A DNA stretch of 15,592 nucleotides from an uncultured bacterium. Its GTDB lineage: Bacteria > Zhuqueibacterota > QNDG01 > DSAB01. The stretch covers positions 1 to 15,592 of the forward strand of contig CAYYPT010000044.1 of NCBI GenBank assembly GCA_964473625.1. The letters are read 5' to 3'. Both the position numbers and the translations under genes were made by a program. Positions 10,324 through 15,592 of this stretch are shown piece after piece (position 1 is the stretch's first letter; the number at the start of each line of letters is the position of its first letter). A model generated the notes under the pieces. That model worked only from the letters and a program-made list of their open reading frames with translations. It searched no databases and was not told where the DNA came from.

Positions 10324-10965
10324 ATGAAAAGAAATATTTTTTTATATTTGTTTTTCCTATTTTTTCTGTGGATATTTTTATCAGGATGTGCAAGGAAAAA
10401 GCATGAGAATGTTTTAATAACGGATCAACAAAATAAAGAATATCCCAGTCAAGAAGGATGGAATTCTGAAATAATTCTTTCGAGAGCAGGCCTTTGTCAG
10501 GCTGTAATTCATTATGCTCACATGGTGAAATATGATAAGAAAAAAGTGGTTTTTTTTGATGGGGGAGTTGAAGTGGATTTTTATGATAAGAATGGGAATC
10601 ATACTTCACATCTGACTTCTGAAAAAGGAGAATATCACGAAGCAACAGAAGATGTTGTTGGGTTAGGTAATGTAGTTGTGGTATCAGACAGTGGAGTTAC
10701 ACTCCGAACAGAAGTTTTAAGGTGGGATAACAGACGAGAAAAGATTTTTTCTGATACGACTGTAATGATAACTACTGAAAAACACGATACTCTTTACGGT
10801 GTTGGATTTGAATCCAATGCTGATTTGAGTCACAGGGTTATTTATAAACCGTGGGGGATAACTGATAAAAAAATAAATATCCAGGAACTTGAGACTTCGT
10901 TTTCTCGATCTTCTCGTAATGATACTTTGGCAAGAAAGGATTCTACTGTAATCAAAAAGAAATGA
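10324..10965 (+). CDS. lptC: LptC-like LPS export component, predicted lipoprotein
   Basis: Position between kdsD and lptA/lptB, as in the E. coli kdsD-(kdsC)-lptC-lptA-lptB-rpoN locus. Size is about 213 aa from ATG 10324. The N-terminus MKRNIFLYLFFLFFLWIFLSGC has a signal peptide and an L-S-G-C lipobox. The track start TTG 10303 is less likely. Assignment rests on synteny and size, not motif identity. Confidence 0.5.
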   Translation: MKRNIFLYLFFLFFLWIFLSGCARKKHENVLITDQQNKEYPSQEGWNSEIILSRAGLCQAVIHYAHMVKYDKKKVVFFDGGVEVDFYDKNGNHTSHLTSEKGEYHEATEDVVGLGNVVVVSDSGVTLRTEVLRWDNRREKIFSDTTVMITTEKHDTLYGVGFESNADLSHRVIYKPWGITDKKINIQELETSFSRSSRNDTLARKDSTVIKKK

Positions 10966-12086
10966 GGCTAATAACACAAATATTTATTTTTGTTCTTTTT
11001 TATCTTGTGGGAAGTAGAACAATTCTTTTTTCTGAACCTGTGAAGTCTTCACCTGTGGAACATCTAAAATTGGTTCATGCGGATAGTTTGGTAATTGTTT
11101 CGATCAAAGGTAGAGATGTTCACGAACTGTGGGGTAATGTGCAGCTTGTTCAGGGAGAAGCATTCTTATCCTGTGAAATGGCGAAGTGGTGGCAGGGTGA
11201 AGACAGATTGCTTCTTCTTGGCATGGTTACAATTTACGATGGGAAACGTACTCTAAAAGCAGATCGAATATACTACGACGGTAAAACAAGGGTAGAAAAA
11301 GCTTTCGGACATGTTCTTCTCGAAAGTAAAAAAAGAAAATTAAAAGCCCGGTCTCTTATATATTTTCAAAAAAAGGAAAAGGCGTTTGCTTCTGGAGATG
11401 TAGTGATATCGGATCTTATTGAGAAGGTTAAATTGTTAGGGGAAAAAGCTCTGTACGATCGCTCTATGGACTACGGTGTAATAGAAGGTTGTCCCAGGTT
11501 AGTTAAGATCGATACTACTTCAGGCAAAATGATGATAGTAAGAGGGCTAAAAATAGAGGCATGGGGGAAAGAGCAAAGAGCTGTTGTCTCTGATAGTGTT
11601 CAGATAACAAAAGGTGATATGAAAGCTTTCTGTCAGAAAGCGGAGTATAGGTCTGAGAAAGATTTGCTTATTTTAAAAATAGAACCTATAGTCTGGCAGC
11701 AACAACGAGAAATGCGGGCTGATAATATTAATATTCAACTGGAAGGGTTGAAGTTTTCCAGGGCTTTTCTTACGGGAAAAGCAGAGATTATTTCAAAAGA
11801 GGATAGTGTTAAAAATGTACTGAATGGAGAAAAAATTACAGTAACTGCCAGTGACGATACTGTTCGCAGGGTGGTAGTAGAAGGGCAGGCAAGCAGTATG
11901 TACCATATTTTTGATGAAGTCAGACATGAACAGGGAACTAATTCTGTCACAGGAGACATTATTGTTCTTACTTTTGATGAGAATCGTTTAAAAGAGGTTA
12001 AAGTGAAAAGCAGCCCTGGCCAGTGTACAGGTGTTTACACACCAATAGAAGTAAGTACGGGAATGGTGAAAGGAAAGAGTCTGTGA
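10962..12086 (+). CDS. lptA: LptA/OstA-family periplasmic protein. Long 374-aa form, probably tandem OstA-like beta-jellyroll repeats.
   Basis: N-terminal signal-like [18 protein letters not shown]. The internal [21 protein letters not shown] resembles the LptA/OstA_N core. Sits immediately upstream of lptB. The ATGA overlaps the lptC stop. Confidence 0.55.
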   Translation: MRLITQIFIFVLFYLVGSRTILFSEPVKSSPVEHLKLVHADSLVIVSIKGRDVHELWGNVQLVQGEAFLSCEMAKWWQGEDRLLLLGMVTIYDGKRTLKADRIYYDGKTRVEKAFGHVLLESKKRKLKARSLIYFQKKEKAFASGDVVISDLIEKVKLLGEKALYDRSMDYGVIEGCPRLVKIDTTSGKMMIVRGLKIEAWGKEQRAVVSDSVQITKGDMKAFCQKAEYRSEKDLLILKIEPIVWQQQREMRADNINIQLEGLKFSRAFLTGKAEIISKEDSVKNVLNGEKITVTASDDTVRRVVVEGQASSMYHIFDEVRHEQGTNSVTGDIIVLTFDENRLKEVKVKSSPGQCTGVYTPIEVSTGMVKGKSL

Positions 12087-12865
12087 ATCAGTCCGCAGGG
12101 CAAAAAGGTAAAACGTTCACAGAGGTGTTAAGGGCGGAGGGGCTTGTTAAAATTTATCGGGGGAGAAAAGTTGTTGATCATGTTTCCATTGAAGTTAAAC
12201 GCGGTGAGATTGTGGGGCTCTTAGGACCAAATGGGGCAGGTAAGACAACAACTTTTTACATGATTACTGGAATGATTCGACCCAATGAGGGAAAAATCTT
12301 TTTTAATGAAAAGGATATTACGAAGTTACCAATGTACAAACGTGCCCGAATGGGTATTGGATATTTAAGCCAGGAACCATCAGTCTTTCGCAAACTTACT
12401 GTTGAGGAAAATATTCTGGCTATTCTGGAAACATTAAAAATCAGCAAAGAAGAGCAAAAAAGACAGTTAAAGATGTTTTTAAAAGAGCTTTCTATTGATC
12501 ATCTGTCTAAACAAAAGGCATATACTCTGTCCGGAGGAGAAAGACGAAGAGTTGAGATCACAAGAGCACTTGTAACGCATCCTAAGTTTATTCTTTTAGA
12601 TGAACCTTTTGCAGGGATTGATCCCATTGCAGTGGAAGATATTCAAAATATTGTACATCATCTTAAAGATAGGGGAATTGGAGTACTTATTACTGATCAT
12701 AATGTACATGAAACTCTTTCCATAACGGATCGTTCCTATCTTCTATTTGAGGGAAGAATTCTCAAATCAGGAACTTCAGAATTTCTGGCAAATGATCCGG
12801 AAGCGAGAAAAATTTATTTAGGAAAGCAATTTCGGTTAGATCGTTACTCTGGAGTCAGGAAGTAA
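12083..12865 (+). CDS. lptB: LPS export ABC transporter ATP-binding protein LptB
   Basis: [43 protein letters not shown] (Walker A), [15 protein letters not shown] (ABC signature), [11 protein letters not shown] (Walker B) and DHNVHETL (H-loop). Near-colinear with E. coli LptB. Start chosen at GTG 12083 (GTGA overlap with the lptA stop, AGGAAAGAG upstream). GTG 12125 ([11 protein letters not shown]) is an alternative. The track's 12023 start is an over-extension into lptA. Confidence 0.9.
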   Translation: MNQSAGQKGKTFTEVLRAEGLVKIYRGRKVVDHVSIEVKRGEIVGLLGPNGAGKTTTFYMITGMIRPNEGKIFFNEKDITKLPMYKRARMGIGYLSQEPSVFRKLTVEENILAILETLKISKEEQKRQLKMFLKELSIDHLSKQKAYTLSGGERRRVEITRALVTHPKFILLDEPFAGIDPIAVEDIQNIVHHLKDRGIGVLITDHNVHETLSITDRSYLLFEGRILKSGTSEFLANDPEARKIYLGKQFRLDRYSGVRK

Positions 12866-12875
12866 GAGGAGAAAG

Positions 12876-14279
12876 ATGGTTCAAATTGGTCAAAGGCTAT
12901 TATTACAACAGAAACAGAGCCCACAACAGGTACTTTTGTCTACTCTTCTTCAGCTTCCTGTACTGCGTCTTGAACAACGCATTAAGCAGGAACTTGAGTT
13001 GAATCCTTTGCTTGAACTCGATACGGAGGAGGAAGAAGAGTTAGAGTTAAAAGAGGAAATAGAAGAAAAAGATGATGATGAGGAAGAGAAAGAAGTTGGA
13101 GAAGAGAACGAAGTTGATTGGGAGACTATCCTTAATGATGAGGATGAATATGAAGTGAAGGCTCCACGGGAACATCATGAAGAGGAATTGGAACATACTG
13201 AGCCAGCTCCCGTAACATTGATGGACCATCTTTTTGAACAGCTCAGGCTTTCTCCACTGTCGGACAAAGAGATGGAAATTGGCGAATACATTCTTTGGTG
13301 CATTGATGATGATGGCTATCTTGCATGTGATGTAGATTCTATTGCAGAGAATTTTAATACCACGGAAGAAAAAGTAGAAAAAGTCTTATCAGTGATCCAG
13401 CGATTTGATCCTGTGGGAATTGGAGCAAGGAATCTCCAGGAATGTCTTCTCATTCAACTTTATGAAAAAGAACCGAGAGATGAACTGGCTATCCGAATGC
13501 TTCAGGAATGCTTTGATGATTTTACAAACAAACGTTTTGAAAAAATTGCCAAAAAACTTAACATCTCTCTTGCTGAAGTAAAAAGAATTATAGGGCTCGT
13601 TTCTCGTTTGAACCCCAAACCGGGTGAAAGATACGTTTCAGAAGCAGAAAATTATATTGTACCTGATGTAATAGTAGAAAGAGTGGAAGGTGATTTTGTT
13701 ATTACTTTAAACGATTGGAATATCCCGCGGCTTCGTATTAATGAATCGTATAAGCAACTTCTTAAAGAAAAAGACAAAGTTAGCAAAGAGACTCGCGACT
13801 ACATCCGACAGCGATTGGAATCGGCTCGGTGGCTAATTAATTCCATTTATCAGAGGAGATCTACCATACTAAGGGTAATGGAATCTATTTTGAAACACCA
13901 GCGAGAATTTTTTGAAAAAGGAAAGAAATATCTTAAGCCTATGATCTTGAAAGACGTGGCAGATGATGTGGACCTGGATATTTCTACTGTCAGTAGGGTT
14001 ACTAATGGAAAATATGTTCAAACAGATTTTGGCGTGTTTGAATTAAAGTATTTTTTCAGCGAACGACTTGAGACCGCCAGTGGAGAAGAAGTTTCAAATA
14101 AATTAATTAAAGCGAAGATCAAAGAGATCATTGAAAAAGAAGATCCACGAAAACCGTTCAATGACTTGACTATATCTAATTTGTTAAAAAAAGAAGGTTT
14201 TATTGTAGCCAGAAGAACTGTTGCAAAATATCGTGAGCAGATGATGATTCCTGTCGCGCGACTTAGAAGAAAGATTTAA
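12876..14279 (+). CDS. rpoN: RNA polymerase sigma-54 factor
   Basis: Gln/Leu-rich region I (LLLQQKQSPQQVLLSTLLQLPVLRLEQRIKQELELNPLLE), acidic region II, the C-terminal HTH and the RpoN box ARRTVAKYREQMMIPVARLRRK. AGAGGAG SD upstream of ATG 12876. Confidence 0.95.
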   Translation: MVQIGQRLLLQQKQSPQQVLLSTLLQLPVLRLEQRIKQELELNPLLELDTEEEEELELKEEIEEKDDDEEEKEVGEENEVDWETILNDEDEYEVKAPREHHEEELEHTEPAPVTLMDHLFEQLRLSPLSDKEMEIGEYILWCIDDDGYLACDVDSIAENFNTTEEKVEKVLSVIQRFDPVGIGARNLQECLLIQLYEKEPRDELAIRMLQECFDDFTNKRFEKIAKKLNISLAEVKRIIGLVSRLNPKPGERYVSEAENYIVPDVIVERVEGDFVITLNDWNIPRLRINESYKQLLKEKDKVSKETRDYIRQRLESARWLINSIYQRRSTILRVMESILKHQREFFEKGKKYLKPMILKDVADDVDLDISTVSRVTNGKYVQTDFGVFELKYFFSERLETASGEEVSNKLIKAKIKEIIEKEDPRKPFNDLTISNLLKKEGFIVARRTVAKYREQMMIPVARLRRKI

Positions 14280-14428
14280 TGGAACAGATCCAGAGACTAA
14301 ATAACTAAATCTTTAACTAAATTTTGGCAAGGGCGGTCACTCAGAATAAATTTCATTTAAAGGTTTTCTCATGCTGAGTCCCTCGATAAGCTCAGGGGAA
14401 ACTACATCGATAGTTATAATAAACAATA

Positions 14429-14511
14429 CTGTCATTCCCGCATGTTTTAAGCGGGAATCCAGGTAGTGGGGTTGAAGGTGGATTCCCGACATAACATTTC
14501 GGGAATGACAG
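14429..14511 (+). promoter_or_regulatory. Pair of related hairpins plus an enclosing 12-nt inverted repeat in the rpoN-hflK spacer. Candidate regulatory RNA leader or small repeat element.
   Basis: Hairpin 1: attcccgc (14434-14441), atgttttaa loop, gcgggaat (14451-14458). Hairpin 2: attcccga (14482-14489), cataacatt loop, tcgggaat (14499-14506). ctgtcattcccg (14429-14440) is the exact reverse complement of cgggaatgacag (14500-14511), giving mutually exclusive pairings. Confidence 0.4.
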
Positions 14512-14549
14512 GGGGAAAAGTTTAGTCTTTAATAAAAAGGAGAAATATT

Positions 14550-15542
14550 GTGACTGCATTTAAAAGAAAAATTCGTGTCGGAGGAGAAGAAGTAGAAATT
14601 CCTGCTTCAATTAATCCAAAGAATATCGGTTTGGTAATTGCAGGAATTTTTATTTTGATTTTTGTGATTTCTTCTCTTTACTCTGTAGGGCCTGATGAGC
14701 AAGGAGTGGTCCAGCGATTTGGTAAATACGTGAGAACGACAAATTCGGGGCTTCATATGAAGTTTCCGTTCGGTATTGAAACGGCCAAGAAAGTAAAGGT
14801 GAAGTACATTTTCAAAGAAGAATTTGGGTTTAGAACTGTTAAGGCAGGTGTTCGGAGTGTTTATTCACCTAACAAGTATCTGGGGGAATCTTTAATGCTT
14901 ACAGGAGATTTAAATCTCGCCGTAGTTGAATGGATTGTTCAGTACAAAATCAAAGATGCAAAGGATTATCTTTTTAATGTGCGGAATCCAACAAAAACTT
15001 TAAGAGATATATCCGAATCAGTAATGCGAAAAATTGTTGGTGATAGAAGTGTGAGTGAAGTACTTACCACAGGGCGAATGGAGGTGGCTCAACAAGTTCA
15101 ACAGGGACTTCAGAAAATTCTTGACAGCTATGAATCTGGTATAAAAATCGTTACAGTCAAACTTCAGGATGTGAATCCTCCAGATGTAGTTAAACCGGCT
15201 TTTAATGATGTAAACGAAGCAAAGCAGGAAAAAGAAAAGATGATCAACCAGGCATGGGAATTTTATAACAAGAAAATCCCATTAGCCAAGGGAGAAGCAA
15301 AAAAAATGATTCAGAATGCAGAAGGGTACGCCCTGAACAGAGTTAATAGAGCCAGGGGAGATGCCGCTAATTTTCTGGCTGTTTGGCGAGCTTATAGTTT
15401 AGCAAAAGATGTTACCCGAAGGCGACTTTACTTAGAAACGTTAAATGAAATTCTTCCAAAGGTGAAGCGCAAATATATTTTTGACGAAAGTCAAAAGGGG
15501 TTACTTCCGTTTCTCCCATTGGAGAAAGGAGGTTCACAATGA
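14550..15542 (+). CDS. hflK: FtsH protease modulator HflK (SPFH/band-7 family membrane protein)
   Basis: 330 aa. N-terminal TM segment IGLVIAGIFILIFVISSLYSV followed by the SPFH core (VGPDEQGVVQRFGKY..., ...LTGDLNLAVVEWIVQYKIKD..., ...VQDVNPP). AAAGGAG SD 6 nt upstream of GTG 14550. Confidence 0.85.
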   Translation: MTAFKRKIRVGGEEVEIPASINPKNIGLVIAGIFILIFVISSLYSVGPDEQGVVQRFGKYVRTTNSGLHMKFPFGIETAKKVKVKYIFKEEFGFRTVKAGVRSVYSPNKYLGESLMLTGDLNLAVVEWIVQYKIKDAKDYLFNVRNPTKTLRDISESVMRKIVGDRSVSEVLTTGRMEVAQQVQQGLQKILDSYESGIKIVTVKLQDVNPPDVVKPAFNDVNEAKQEKEKMINQAWEFYNKKIPLAKGEAKKMIQNAEGYALNRVNRARGDAANFLAVWRAYSLAKDVTRRRLYLETLNEILPKVKRKYIFDESQKGLLPFLPLEKGGSQ

Positions 15543-15592
15543 GTGTGCCAAGCGAAGCTTGGTGTTTCTTGTCGGTTGAAGTCCGACATGGT
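15539..15592 (+). CDS. hflC: Probable HflC, N-terminal 18 codons only (runs off window)
   Basis: ATG 15539 overlaps the hflK TGA stop (ATGA). hflK-hflC is a conserved pair. Too short to verify by sequence. Confidence 0.35.
   Translation, partial: MSVPSEAWCFLSVEVRHG

Noticed and set aside
12023-12082. Track's N-terminal extension of lptB ([20 protein letters not shown]...) overlapping lptA
   Set aside because: The extension has no homology to LptB N-termini and lies inside lptA coding sequence. GTG 12083 or GTG 12125 give canonical LptB N-termini with SD-like sequences.
13020-13165. Very acidic E/D-rich low-complexity tract in rpoN as a possible insertion
   Set aside because: Region II of sigma-54 is characteristically acidic and variable in length. 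This is normal for the family.
14324-14342. TGGCAAGGGCGGTCAC as a possible sigma-54 (-24/-12) promoter downstream of rpoN
   Set aside because: Has the TGGCA element, but the -12 TTGC element is absent at the required spacing. Likely chance.
14429-14511. Repeated GGGAATG/CATTCCC units as a mini CRISPR array
   Set aside because: Only two hairpin copies. They are inverted rather than direct, have no regular spacers and have no cas genes nearby.

Overview
The window looks like a low-GC (about 40 percent by hand counts) diderm bacterium with GGAGG-type Shine-Dalgarno sequences. It is almost entirely coding. Apart from one divergent gene at the left edge, everything is on the + strand. A partial minus-strand gene of unknown function ends its 5' part at 1684 and is separated from gatC by a divergent promoter region. 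The + strand then runs gatC, kdsB, pyrG, kdsA, tal, a two-gene insertion, kdsD, an LptC-like lipoprotein, a long LptA/OstA-like protein, lptB, rpoN, hflK and the start of hflC. This is a consolidated Kdo/LPS-biosynthesis and LPS-transport supra-operon. The two-gene insertion is a 769-aa gamma-class N6-adenine DNA methyltransferase (motifs [17 protein letters not shown] and NPPW) whose stop overlaps the ATG of a 249-aa protein with no recognisable family (TAATG). The insert is strikingly AT-rich, about 17 to 30 percent GC in sampled 60-nt lines against about 33 to 53 percent in flanking core genes. It is followed by an anomalously GC-rich, hairpin-containing non-coding stretch of about 150 nt. 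I read this as a horizontally acquired R-M-like or defense islet, possibly uncharacterised, dropped into the LPS locus. A second unexplained element is the 270-nt rpoN-hflK spacer, which carries two related hairpins and a 12-nt long-range inverted repeat that cannot form at the same time. No rRNA, tRNA, CRISPR array or transposase is visible. All functional calls rest on recognised protein motifs, similarity to well-known family members and synteny; no searches could be run.
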